A DNA stretch of 64,000 nt, from contig CAYICS010000002.1 in assembly GCA_964362125.1 (NCBI GenBank), positions 9,302-73,301 of the forward strand. Direction: 5' to 3'. Source of the DNA: an uncultured Candidatus Saccharibacteria bacterium. Its GTDB lineage: Bacteria; Patescibacteriota; Minisyncoccia; UBA6257; UBA11618. The notes beneath the pieces are model-generated. The model did no database searches. It was given only the letters and a program-made list of their open reading frames with translations, and was not told where the DNA came from. Shown here piece by piece: positions 40,750 to 49,521 of this stretch; the first letter of the stretch is position 1; each line of letters opens with the position of its first letter. A program made the translations under genes and the position numbers.

Positions 40750-40795
40750 TATCCCGGCTATTGCCGAAGATGTTCTTCGGCGCACTTTGACAAAC
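40721..40795 (+). promoter_or_regulatory. Promoter, hairpin and boxA-like leader, copy 1 of a 75-bp duplication
   Basis: TTGACA-16nt-TATAGT, GCCGAAGA-TGT-TCTTCGGC, GCACTTTGACAA; 72/75 identical to the reverse complement of 46625-46699. Confidence 0.85.
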
Positions 40796-40821
40796 ACAAT
40801 TGATAAAAATAGGAAATTTCT

Positions 40822-41823
40822 ATGGATGTAATCGCAGTATCTCTTTCCCTGACGGGTGTTTTGTTCATTGCCAGTCACAATATCGTTAAACGAATATCTC
40901 TTCGTGACGGTCAGTTAACTCCCAGCGAGTTTCTGGCTGTATCTCAAGGAATTGCTGTTCTTTTCCTGGCGGCGATGATTTTATGGGAAGGATTTGACGC
41001 GCCATCCCATTTTAATTCAAGAATTTTCTGGATGGCGGTTTTTATCACCGCCGTCATTAACATCTTGATTCAGTATGCCAATGCTCGGGCGGCCCAACTT
41101 GCCGAGGCCTCGCTGATTGCTCCCATTCAGGCGCTCACTCCGGGATTAGTTACCATCACTGCTTTGACTTTAGGAGAGCAACCTACCCTACAGGGAATTG
41201 CCGGAATTGGTTTGATCGCCTTGGGTACTTATATCCATGGCCGCGAGAACGCCACTACTCTGCGGGAGTATCTTTATCCTTTTGCCTTTCTCAGGCTTCC
41301 GGCTAATTTCAAAGAGTTGCCATTAATAGCCCAGCGACAGGCATTAAGTAACCGGACCGCGCTTCGTTTCGCTTATGGTTCGGCAGTGGCCGGCTCTGTG
41401 GCTTTGGTTTTTGACGGTTTGTTAGCTCGTAATGGCAATGTAGCCTTAGGTATGATGGTTAAGTGGCTGATCTTAACTCTATTTTTCGGCTCGGCGGCGA
41501 TAGCGGGGTTATTCCGGAATGACGTCTATTCTCAAAAAAGAAAAATCTTCGGAAAATGGCGCTTGCTTCTTGGAGCGGGAATTTTTTTGGGTCTTAATGA
41601 GGTGTTGATAGGAACAGCTTTTCGGGTGGCGCCCATAGCCTACATCGGCAGTCTCAAACGTCTAAGCATCATCTTTATTACTCTTCTCTCTTGGTGGATT
41701 TTAAGAGAGGCAAAGGCCAAGCGTCGCCTTTTCCCGGCTTTATTGGTAACAGGCGGCGCAATCCTCTTGGCAACAGACGGCAGTATGGCCCGCCTTGTGA
41801 ATTATCTTGATTTTGTGTTATAG
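40822..41823 (+). CDS. EamA/DMT family transporter
   Basis: About 10 TM segments; AS..AP....P, LGE.P...G..G..LI..G, Y..S.KR.S. Confidence 0.85.
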   Translation: MDVIAVSLSLTGVLFIASHNIVKRISLRDGQLTPSEFLAVSQGIAVLFLAAMILWEGFDAPSHFNSRIFWMAVFITAVINILIQYANARAAQLAEASLIAPIQALTPGLVTITALTLGEQPTLQGIAGIGLIALGTYIHGRENATTLREYLYPFAFLRLPANFKELPLIAQRQALSNRTALRFAYGSAVAGSVALVFDGLLARNGNVALGMMVKWLILTLFFGSAAIAGLFRNDVYSQKRKIFGKWRLLLGAGIFLGLNEVLIGTAFRVAPIAYIGSLKRLSIIFITLLSWWILREAKAKRRLFPALLVTGGAILLATDGSMARLVNYLDFVL

Positions 41824-41875
41824 TAAGCCCAGCAGCTCTTCTTAATCTAAAACTCTCAGGAAAGGAGCAGTTTCT

Positions 41876-42325
41876 ATGTCTCAACAGACAGTGCGCCGTC
41901 AGTGTCAGGTGGTGGATAAAGAGAAAATACAAAGTATGTGCGATTGGCCCAACCAGACAGGGTGTTTGGTGGTAGAACCATCACAGGAGTTGTACAAACT
42001 TGGTTTCCCGGTAAGGGTGGTTCATGATTGTGATGCTATCCTTCCCATGGCCGAAGCGCATCCTCATCAAGATGATCTCTGGCTTTGTGTTTCTGGCAGG
42101 GCTTTATTTTGTATCGGCGGCAAGCTCGACGGCGAACGAAAAATGGGTGATGATGGCAAAACAGTGCTGGCCCCGGGTATTGTTGGCGGCCGAGACATTG
42201 TTTTGGAGCCCGGCCATTGGCTGCACATCCCGGCTGGGCAGCCCCATCGGCATGGCGCTCAAGGATTGGCCTGTCTTCTCATCATCAAGATTCCGCCGCC
42301 AGAGGGAGAAGTCTCTATTGAATAA
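41876..42325 (+). CDS. Cupin domain protein
   Basis: EAHPHQDDLW..VSG and L.PG.WL.IPAG.PH.H; SD AAGGAG. Confidence 0.8.
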   Translation: MSQQTVRRQCQVVDKEKIQSMCDWPNQTGCLVVEPSQELYKLGFPVRVVHDCDAILPMAEAHPHQDDLWLCVSGRALFCIGGKLDGERKMGDDGKTVLAPGIVGGRDIVLEPGHWLHIPAGQPHRHGAQGLACLLIIKIPPPEGEVSIE

Positions 42326-42345
42326 CTTGGGTGTAGAATCCAAAC

Positions 42346-42377
42346 GGAGGCGTATCAGCCGCTGATACGCCTTCTTT
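42346..42377 (+). terminator. Intrinsic terminator
   Basis: GGAGGCGTATCAG-CCG-CTGATACGCCTTC-TTT. Confidence 0.8.
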
Positions 42378-42385
42378 ATTAAAAT

Positions 42386-43186
42386 ATGAAAACATTGGAG
42401 AAATACTTAAAAAGAAAAAAAATAATTATTAGAAATCGGTTAATTACTGTGAATTATTTTTATCGTCCTGGCAGCGCAGGATTAATTATTTTTATCCCCG
42501 GATTAGGATGCTTAAAAGAAGAATACAGTGGGGCATTCCAATCAGGATTATTGAAGCGATTCGCTTTATTGGTTTTTGATTGGCCGCAGGAACAGCTTAA
42601 TCTAAGAGATATTGCTTATATTACTCATCAAATTGCCGGGGGTTATGCCAAGAAATATATAATTGTTAGTCATAGCGCCGGAGGCGCCGCGGGATTACTT
42701 TGTATTAAAGAAAAACCGCAAAATGTGGTTGGCTTCGTAAATATTGAAGGCAGTTTAATTGCCGATAATGCCAGATGGTCCCGTAAAATAGTGAAGATGG
42801 GGATTAAATCGCTTCGTGAAAAAAACTTCGGTTCGCTGGTGCGATCTTTACAAACTTCAAAAAACCCCGGTTTCCGGAATTACGGCAAAGAGCTCGCAGG
42901 TATTTCAATAAAATCTTATTTTAGTTACAGCCGTTCTCATGCTCGTTATGTTCAGGGAGAGCGATTGCTTAATCAATATATTAAACTTAATATACCTAAA
43001 ATTTTTATCTATGGCATTCAAAATAAAAGCTGGAAAAATACAATTAAGAAACTTAAAGAGGGGAAATGCGCCGTTGCCAATATTCCCAAAAGTCATCACT
43101 TTCCGCACATAGATAATCCCCGATATTTTTATAATTTTATATATAAGTTTGCCCGGAAAATTTTTATTTCTTCCACTGGTGTTTAA
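42386..43186 (+). CDS. Alpha/beta hydrolase
   Basis: FIPGLG, SHSAGG nucleophile elbow, C-terminal SHHFPH.DNP. Confidence 0.8.
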   Translation: MKTLEKYLKRKKIIIRNRLITVNYFYRPGSAGLIIFIPGLGCLKEEYSGAFQSGLLKRFALLVFDWPQEQLNLRDIAYITHQIAGGYAKKYIIVSHSAGGAAGLLCIKEKPQNVVGFVNIEGSLIADNARWSRKIVKMGIKSLREKNFGSLVRSLQTSKNPGFRNYGKELAGISIKSYFSYSRSHARYVQGERLLNQYIKLNIPKIFIYGIQNKSWKNTIKKLKEGKCAVANIPKSHHFPHIDNPRYFYNFIYKFARKIFISSTGV

Positions 43187-43209
43187 CGTTAAGATGCTGT
43201 TGGGATTTT

Positions 43210-43245
43210 ACTAAACTAACTCGACGATCGTCAAGTTAGTTTAGT
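43210..43245. repeat. 36-bp near-perfect palindrome
   Basis: ACTAAACTAACT-C-GACGATCGTC-A-AGTTAGTTTAGT. Confidence 0.8.
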
Positions 43246-43280
43246 GGATAAAAAATTCATCAAATCACAAAGTTACAATA

Positions 43281-43363
43281 TTGACTTTTATCACTTTTTA
43301 AAATATTATCGTTATATCGTTATCAAGATTAGCTATGGGCTAGTCCTTGATGTTCTTTGGTAA
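43281..43363 (+). promoter_or_regulatory. Sigma70 promoter, hairpin and boxA-like element
   Basis: TTGACT-17nt-TATTAT, TCAAG..TAGC/GCTA..CTTGA hairpin, GTTCTTTGGTAA (43352-43363), SD AGGAG. Confidence 0.65.
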
Positions 43364-43382
43364 ACTTTTAGGAGAACCAGTA

Positions 43383-44477
43383 ATGTCCATGAATGCCGGC
43401 GAGAAACAGCATGCTCACGACCCACAGGGGACACTTTTTGAAGGTCTGTTTCCAGTAATGTATGCAATGGAGGGCTTGGTTAAAGGCGGCTATCTGCGTC
43501 AATCGAGGTACACTGCTTTACTGGCAGATACCCACAGCGGCGGCTTGATAGGGAAAAACGTTCTTGACCTTGGCTGTGGATATGGCACAACCACTTTTGC
43601 AGCGGCCGGGTTTTATCCGGCGTCGATTACTGCCACAGACCGTTCTCAAGCAATGATTGAGATGATGCGGCTGGTATTGTTAAGCTCCGGAAGTATCGAG
43701 GACTGGTTATTAGCGCTTGGCGCTGATCAGCTATTAAAAGAGAAACTAAGTGATTTAACCAAATTCTTGGGACAGATGCGTCAGTGTTTCCATTTAAGCA
43801 GTTTTTGGAAACATCATCATCCGCTCGAGATACTCAATTATGGACTCTTTGAGTTCCCCACCCCAACAGATCTTTTTGATGTGGTAGTAGCTAATAATGT
43901 TCTGCATTGGCCCATCAATCAACTTAAGGCCGATTTAGAGAAAACCGGTCAGCAGACAACAGTTGATCGTTGTACTGCCGAGGTCTTGAATCAAGCGCGG
44001 CGTTTGATAAAACCAAAGGGTATTTTGGTGATAATGGAACCCAAGGCCCTGACTGTCTTTGATACTCACCCGCTTCTGGAAGCGAGTTTTTCGGAGTTGA
44101 ACGACGGTAATCACCCGGTTTTTATCAAACTCAATAACTTAATCAACCAGATTCTCCAGCGAGATTATAACATTACCCGGAATACACCTAGAAATCCGGA
44201 TATGTTTAGAGTTAGTCAGATGGATGGATTAGCTGTTGACGCCGGATTTAGGTTGATTAAGACGACGGCAGTGGAAGAACTCACAATGATGCCGGCGATT
44301 GAATTTTTCCCTATCAATGTGCCGATCAACTTAGGCGCCATCAACCTACCTCTTCTGGAAAAAATGAAAGTAGTCCAAGAGGCAACGGTTGGGCTGGAAC
44401 CCCTACTGTCGGAAGAAGAAAGGACGATGCCGATGCGGGGGCAATCGTTTTATTTTACTTTCCAGGCAGTTGATTAA
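43383..44477 (+). CDS. Class I SAM-dependent methyltransferase
   Basis: VLDLGCGYG, D.S..MI, FDVVV.N.VLHW, R.IKP.G. Confidence 0.85.
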   Translation: MSMNAGEKQHAHDPQGTLFEGLFPVMYAMEGLVKGGYLRQSRYTALLADTHSGGLIGKNVLDLGCGYGTTTFAAAGFYPASITATDRSQAMIEMMRLVLLSSGSIEDWLLALGADQLLKEKLSDLTKFLGQMRQCFHLSSFWKHHHPLEILNYGLFEFPTPTDLFDVVVANNVLHWPINQLKADLEKTGQQTTVDRCTAEVLNQARRLIKPKGILVIMEPKALTVFDTHPLLEASFSELNDGNHPVFIKLNNLINQILQRDYNITRNTPRNPDMFRVSQMDGLAVDAGFRLIKTTAVEELTMMPAIEFFPINVPINLGAINLPLLEKMKVVQEATVGLEPLLSEEERTMPMRGQSFYFTFQAVD

Positions 44478-44505
44478 AACGGCTGGCTTTAAAACCAGTC
44501 CTCAG

Positions 44506-44535
44506 AAACCCGCTTCGAAGGAGGCGGGGTTTTTT
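44506..44535 (+). terminator. Intrinsic terminator
   Basis: CCCGCTTC-GAAG-GAGGCGGG followed by GTTTTTT. Confidence 0.85.
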
Positions 44536-44580
44536 ATAATAGACAAAAATCAGATAAGCGTGCTAATCTAATGATTAATA

Positions 44581-45084
44581 ATGATTTCAAAAAAATTAAG
44601 CTTAAAATTAAAGAAAATTAAATTACTAGCCCTTGATTTTGACGGCGTTTTTACCGATGGCAAGGTTTATCTTAATCAAGACGGCATTGAGACTGTGGTT
44701 TGCAGTCGTCGTGACAGTTTGGGCTTGAATCGATTAAAGAAATTAGGCATTAAATTGGCGGTGATCTCCATGGAGCCCAATCCGATTGTGGCTAAAAGAT
44801 GTGAAAAACTTAAAATTGAAATGCTTTATAGTCCTGAAGGAAAAGGCGAGTTGCTTAAGCAATTGGTAAATAGAGAAAAGCTTTCACCTAACGAAGTTGG
44901 TTATATGGGAGACGATCTTAATGATCTTGATTGTTTAAAGTACGCGGGGGCGGCTTTCACTGTGGCTGATGGAGCTTTTCCTTGCTTAAAAACAGCTGAT
45001 TATGTTACCAAAAGAAAATCAGGAGATCATGCCCTTCGTGAAGTATGCGATCTGATTTTAAGAGCTTATGGACAAGAAACATAA
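44581..45084 (+). CDS. KdsC-like HAD phosphatase (KDO-8-P/KDN-9-P phosphatase family)
   Basis: DFDGVFTDG, YMGDDLND, ALREVCDLIL. Confidence 0.9.
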   Translation: MISKKLSLKLKKIKLLALDFDGVFTDGKVYLNQDGIETVVCSRRDSLGLNRLKKLGIKLAVISMEPNPIVAKRCEKLKIEMLYSPEGKGELLKQLVNREKLSPNEVGYMGDDLNDLDCLKYAGAAFTVADGAFPCLKTADYVTKRKSGDHALREVCDLILRAYGQET

Positions 45085-45892
45085 AATTGGAAGAAAAACC
45101 GCCTTATTAACCGGAGCATCTGGTTTTTTCGGCAGACAATTCACTGAGGCCTTATTAAACACCGGATTAAAAGTGATCGCTATTGATCAAAATAAAAATG
45201 GACTGGAGTCGATGAGAAAAGAATTAAACGGGAGATTTGGTCATAAACTTTTCACTTATCAAGTTGATCTTTATAATCGTAATCAAACCAAAGAATTATA
45301 CAGAAAAATTATCAAAGAGCATAAAAAGATTGATATTTTAGTCAATAACGCTTTTGATTTTAGCAGTAAAACCGGTTTTAACACGCCAGAAGGCAAGATT
45401 GAAAAAGCCACCCACGATCAATTTTTAGCTTGTTTTGAAGCTGGTGTTTATTGGGCTTTTGAAACCACTCAAGTTTTTGGTTTAGCTATGAAAGGCAATG
45501 GCGGCGGCTTAATTGTCAATATCGGAACAATGTACGCCCAATTTGTGCCTAACCCGTCTCTTTATGAAGGAACGCCGCAATTTAATCCATGGGGTTACAG
45601 CGCCAGCAAGGGAGCTTTATTGCAGTTCACCCGCTATGCGGCGGCTTGGTTGGCTCCGGAAGTACGGGTAAATATGATTTCCCCCGGCGTTTTTCCTCAT
45701 CCGCCGAAAGGAACCAAGAATCCGCCCAGTTCGGCGGTGTTAGATCGCCTGCAAAAAAAAATTCTTTTGCGGCGGGTGGGCAAACCGGAAGATTTAGTCG
45801 GGGCGCTGTTGTTTCTGATTTCTGATGCTTCCAGTTATATCACTGGCCAAAATTTTTGTATTGACGGCGGGATTACCGTGACTGTGACTTAA
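45068..45892 (+). CDS. Short-chain dehydrogenase/reductase
   Basis: TGASGFFG, LVNNA, YSASKG, VRVNMISPG, YITGQ...IDGG. Confidence 0.93.
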   Translation: MDKKHKIGRKTALLTGASGFFGRQFTEALLNTGLKVIAIDQNKNGLESMRKELNGRFGHKLFTYQVDLYNRNQTKELYRKIIKEHKKIDILVNNAFDFSSKTGFNTPEGKIEKATHDQFLACFEAGVYWAFETTQVFGLAMKGNGGGLIVNIGTMYAQFVPNPSLYEGTPQFNPWGYSASKGALLQFTRYAAAWLAPEVRVNMISPGVFPHPPKGTKNPPSSAVLDRLQKKILLRRVGKPEDLVGALLFLISDASSYITGQNFCIDGGITVTVT

Positions 45893-45901
45893 CCGAGACT
45901 T

Positions 45902-45936
45902 AAATAAAATCAACCCCACCTTATGAGATGGGGTTG
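45902..45936 (-). terminator. Terminator hairpin between convergent genes
   Basis: CAACCCCA...TGGGGTTG, with an AT-rich tail on the minus strand. Confidence 0.7.
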
Positions 45937-45973
45937 TGGTTGTGATGGGTTTCATAGTCCCTGCAAACCAGCC

Positions 45974-46591
45974 CTATTGAGGCGGCAGGGTTAAGGGATT
46001 AATCCCCCAGGCTGTCAGGATGAAATTGGCAAAATCGCGGAAGGCGCCGTTGCCGCCGGAACGTTGCGAGACAAAGTCAACGATGCTTCTGATGGCAATA
46101 TCGGCGTTGGCTGGGGCGGCTCTTAAAAGCACCTTTCGTAGAATTTCCACATCTACTAAATCGTCGCCCATATAGGCGCAATCACTAAAAGTCAGGCCAA
46201 CTTCTTTAAGCCACTCCTCGGCTTTGGCAACTTTGCCGCCGCCGTAACTGCCTTCGTAAAGCCGGACAAGCTCCCAGCCGCCATCACCCGGGGCCTTGGA
46301 AGTAGAAGATAATTTGTTCCACTTCTCAACCACATCCCTGATATGCCGGCTGGCCTCGTTTTTTTCAGAGGTGATCAGGCAAACACGGACACCGATGGCT
46401 CGGAGTAAAGAGACGCCTTGGCCATCGTAGTAACTGCGCCTTTTGGATGGACTAAGTGGATCAACGGTATTATCAGTAAAGACCCCATCCACGTCCGAGA
46501 TGACAGCCCGAATGATTCCGGCTTTATTCCAGACCGCCTCAGAAGATTCGCCTGTCACCATATCTATGAAATGGTCTCTCGGTATGATCAT
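45974..46591 (-). CDS. KdsC-like HAD phosphatase
   Basis: DVDGVFTD, DGQG, YMGDDLVD, GGNGAFRDF; SD AAGGAG before ATG 46591. Confidence 0.88.
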   Translation of the reverse strand: MIIPRDHFIDMVTGESSEAVWNKAGIIRAVISDVDGVFTDNTVDPLSPSKRRSYYDGQGVSLLRAIGVRVCLITSEKNEASRHIRDVVEKWNKLSSTSKAPGDGGWELVRLYEGSYGGGKVAKAEEWLKEVGLTFSDCAYMGDDLVDVEILRKVLLRAAPANADIAIRSIVDFVSQRSGGNGAFRDFANFILTAWGINPLTLPPQ

Positions 46592-46624
46592 TTTATTCTC
46601 CTTATTCTCCTCTTCAACAGTTTC

Positions 46625-46699
46625 GTTTGTCAAAGTGCGCCGAAGAACATCTTCGGCAATAGCCGGGATATTATCATAAAAAATCCCCCGGTGTCAAGG
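46625..46699 (-). promoter_or_regulatory. Promoter, hairpin and boxA-like leader, copy 2 of the 75-bp duplication
   Basis: Reverse complement matches 40721-40795 with 3 mismatches. Confidence 0.85.
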
Positions 46700-46709
46700 A
46701 CACCGAGGG
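46678..46709 (-). terminator. Terminator of the radical SAM gene, containing the -35 of the next promoter
   Basis: Minus strand CCCTCGGTGTC-CTT-GACACCGGGGG-ATTTTTT. Confidence 0.8.
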
Positions 46710-46717
46710 GGGGTTGG

Positions 46718-48472
46718 TTAGCCGGTCAGATCAAGAATCTCGAGAGTCCGGCCGCTGTCAACCAGTTCCCGAGCCCGCAGGAAAACATCCATTGGCATGT
46801 CGCTGTAGTTGAGCGGGTCACCGGTCTTGGGATTATGCAAGAGTTTGGTGGCGTCGTCTAACTCCAGAACATACTGCTCGAAATTCTCATCGCAGATCGG
46901 CTGGTCGAACTGATCAAACTGGATGCCAAACACTTCCCAAAGCATCTGGCGAACCTTGGGATGGTTGCCCATGCTTGTTCCCGGATACCAGGTGGCAGTG
47001 AACATCCGTTTGTTGACTGTCTCCGGCCCCTTACCGCATTGGGCATAGAACTGCTCTTGCCAGCGCATAAAGGCCACACTCTGCTTGAGGTTAGCCAAGG
47101 TCTCGGTGGGGTAGGCCATGATCCAGGTGCAGTTGGCATGGATTCCGGCATACTCACAGTTCTCTGTGCCCTCCACCATACTGCGGGGGAACTCCATTTC
47201 CCGGCCATCAACTTTGACAGTTACCATCCCGTTACTCAGGATAAAACCGCCTTTGTGCATGGCCTCCAGGACTGGCGGTGAAGCGCTCTCGGCTCCAAAG
47301 CCGATGTAGACACAGCCAGCTTTAGCCATTGAATCAATGCGCTTGGGATCTTCCACTAGCCCTGTTTTGGGATGGCGGCCGGCGGCCTCATCCATCCGGG
47401 TATGAGTCCCCCAACGCATCTTCAGGGGCGCCAGCCACGGCTCTATATCCTGAACAATCCGTTTCTGGGTAACGGCGAAGTTGTCATCAGGCATGCCGAT
47501 GAAATCCACCCCATACTTATCGATATGGGACAGGAAAATCCTCGCCAATCTTTTACCAGAAAACACACCATAAGTACGTTCGCCTTGCGCTCCCCTAAAG
47601 CAGAAATCGCAGGCATGGGGACAACCGCGGCTGGAAACAAAAGTAGTACTGCGGCTCATGGCGAAGGAAGTGGCCGAGCTGTTATTGGCAGAAACTCCCC
47701 AGTTGGCATTGCCGATGTAACACTCCAACAGTCGGTTGCCGTTGACATCTTCCCGCAGTAGTTCCAGATCGGCAATGGCTAGACTATCCAGATCTTTGGG
47801 TCGGCCGCCATCATAAAGAAAGCGGTGCCGGCCATTGATGAAGCCGCGGTAGTAGGGTTGGACTTCGCCCCAATTGACAGCGCTTGTCCGGCCTCGATCT
47901 CTAATTGCCTTGGCATCATAGGCAATTTTGAGAATCACCTCGTCGCCTTCAGAATGAGCCACGCCATCCAGTTCAGGAATGTAGTTGAACAAACCTAAGC
48001 GCAGTTCAGTAGCCAAGCCATTGCCGCTGACCAGAAACACATCCGGCAAAAGCCGCCGGATGAGCTTGGCTACTGCTTTCTGCCACGGGAGAGTGGTGAT
48101 GATGCCGGAAAAGGCGACTAGATTCGGTTCGCCGTGAAAAAGAATGTGTTTTTTAATCAACTCCTCGGCTTCAGCCAGTGTCAGATGCCGGCCATTAGGC
48201 AGGCCGCGCTCCTGAGCCAGCTGGTCTTTGATCCGGTAGGCATTAAGGTCAATAATACTGGCCTCAACGCCGTAGTTGTCCCGGAGATTGGTGGCCAGCA
48301 TCAATGGCCCTTCCGGCGTGGTGTTGGGCACCGCGCTCTCCCGTAAAGGCATATTGATGAAAACCACCCGCAGACCAGCCAAATCTCTGTGGCTGATAGA
48401 ACTAACCACCGGGCCCGGGTCAACATACTGTCCCAGCTCCAAGCTGGTTACCGGCAACAGAACTGTGCTCAT
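46718..48472 (-). CDS. Cobalamin-binding-domain radical SAM enzyme (class B methyltransferase-like)
   Basis: N-terminal P.G...LA...IIDLN...SEGD region; SRGCPHACDFC; DDNF; AGC..I.FGAES.S..VL..M.K; YP.ET. Confidence 0.9.
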   Translation of the reverse strand: MSTVLLPVTSLELGQYVDPGPVVSSISHRDLAGLRVVFINMPLRESAVPNTTPEGPLMLATNLRDNYGVEASIIDLNAYRIKDQLAQERGLPNGRHLTLAEAEELIKKHILFHGEPNLVAFSGIITTLPWQKAVAKLIRRLLPDVFLVSGNGLATELRLGLFNYIPELDGVAHSEGDEVILKIAYDAKAIRDRGRTSAVNWGEVQPYYRGFINGRHRFLYDGGRPKDLDSLAIADLELLREDVNGNRLLECYIGNANWGVSANNSSATSFAMSRSTTFVSSRGCPHACDFCFRGAQGERTYGVFSGKRLARIFLSHIDKYGVDFIGMPDDNFAVTQKRIVQDIEPWLAPLKMRWGTHTRMDEAAGRHPKTGLVEDPKRIDSMAKAGCVYIGFGAESASPPVLEAMHKGGFILSNGMVTVKVDGREMEFPRSMVEGTENCEYAGIHANCTWIMAYPTETLANLKQSVAFMRWQEQFYAQCGKGPETVNKRMFTATWYPGTSMGNHPKVRQMLWEVFGIQFDQFDQPICDENFEQYVLELDDATKLLHNPKTGDPLNYSDMPMDVFLRARELVDSGRTLEILDLTG

Positions 48473-48502
48473 CTTGCTATCCTCCAGTTTTGATTGATTA
48501 GA

Positions 48503-48589
48503 TTGTAAAGGTGCTTTCTATTAATAATATACCACTTGCTAAAAAAATTGCTATATGCTAGTTTAGATAGTCTTTTGGCACCTCGGCAA
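48503..48589. promoter_or_regulatory. Divergent promoters, each followed by a boxA-like element
   Basis: Minus: TGnTATATT then GCACCTTTACAA (48514-48503), SD GGAGG. Plus: TTGCTA-17nt-TAGTTT then GCACCTCGGCAA (48578-48589). Confidence 0.6.
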
Positions 48590-48617
48590 CCTGATAACCG
48601 AAAGAAGGGATAGAACG

Positions 48618-49448
48618 ATGACTGGATTGTTTTCTTTGACAGGCAAACTGGCAGTGCTGACTGGGGCGGCTGGCTTCTTTGGCCGGCCTTTTACCAAAGC
48701 CCTGCTTGAGGCCGACGCCACTGTCTTACTGCTTGACCGAAAAAGCGGCCAGCTCAACCAGTTGATTGAAGAACTGGTTCCGGGCTACGGCCGGGCACGA
48801 GCTATTTCTTATGCAGCTGATCTTTATCAGCCCCAAGAACGTGATCAGGTCTTTAAGCGGGTTTTGGAGGAGTGGGGCCCTCCTGACATTCTCATCAATA
48901 ACGCTTTTGACTTCACTGGCAGGACCGGTTTCAACATTGAAGCCGGCCGGCCGGAAAATACCACCTATGAACAACTGGAGGCCTGCTTCCAGTCAGCTTT
49001 CTACTGGGCCTTCTTCGCTACCCAAGCTCTGGGACCGAAGATGAAAGAACGCGGCCGCGGCTCGATCATCAACATCGGCACGATGTATGCTGACAGCGTC
49101 CCTAACATCAACAAGCTATATGCCGGCACCAATCAGTTCAATCCGCCCGGCTATAGCGCTGGCAAGGGCGCCTTACTGCAATTCACCAAGTACAGCGCTG
49201 CTTGGTTGGCGCCAAAGGTCCGAGTGAATATGATCTCTCCCGGCGCCTTTCCCCATCCGCCTGAAGGAACGCCCAACCCCGCCACTGAACTGGTATTGAG
49301 TCGGCTGCAGCAGAAGATTCTGCTGGAGCGAATGGGTAAGCCGGAGGATCTGATCGGCACCCTGATCTTTCTCGCTTCTGACGTTTCCAGCTACATCACC
49401 GGCGAGAACATTGGAGTCGATGGCGGCATCACAGTCACAGTCACGTAA
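48618..49448 (+). CDS. Short-chain dehydrogenase/reductase (paralog of 45068..45892)
   Basis: TGAAGFFG, NNAFDF, YSAGKG, identical DGGITVTVT C-terminus. Confidence 0.93.
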   Translation: MTGLFSLTGKLAVLTGAAGFFGRPFTKALLEADATVLLLDRKSGQLNQLIEELVPGYGRARAISYAADLYQPQERDQVFKRVLEEWGPPDILINNAFDFTGRTGFNIEAGRPENTTYEQLEACFQSAFYWAFFATQALGPKMKERGRGSIINIGTMYADSVPNINKLYAGTNQFNPPGYSAGKGALLQFTKYSAAWLAPKVRVNMISPGAFPHPPEGTPNPATELVLSRLQQKILLERMGKPEDLIGTLIFLASDVSSYITGENIGVDGGITVTVT

Positions 49449-49475
49449 TTAATCGGAGAAAAACGATCCACAATG

Positions 49476-49502
49476 GGGGCGGTTGACACCGCTCCTTTTT
49501 TT
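49476..49502 (+). terminator. Intrinsic terminator with TTGACA across its loop
   Basis: GGGGCGGT-TGAC-ACCGCTCC-T7; TTGACA-17nt-CATATT precedes ATG 49522. Confidence 0.8.
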
Positions 49503-49521
49503 GTTCATATTAAAAGCTATT

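Noticed and set aside
39637-46591. KDO/lipid A (LPS core) biosynthesis implied by kdsC-like genes
   Set aside because: No kdsA, kdsB, kdsD, waaA or lpx genes are in the window; the partners are NeuA and NeuB.
46418-49360. Many alternative-frame ORFs over the radical SAM, kdsC and SDR genes
   Set aside because: They are expected from the higher GC content, have no recognisable motifs, and are largely overlapped by well-supported genes.
49483-49521. ORF-track N-terminal extensions (neuB from 49483; also starts at 43347, 46633 and 51942)
   Set aside because: They run through terminator, promoter or boxA sequence; downstream ATGs fit better.
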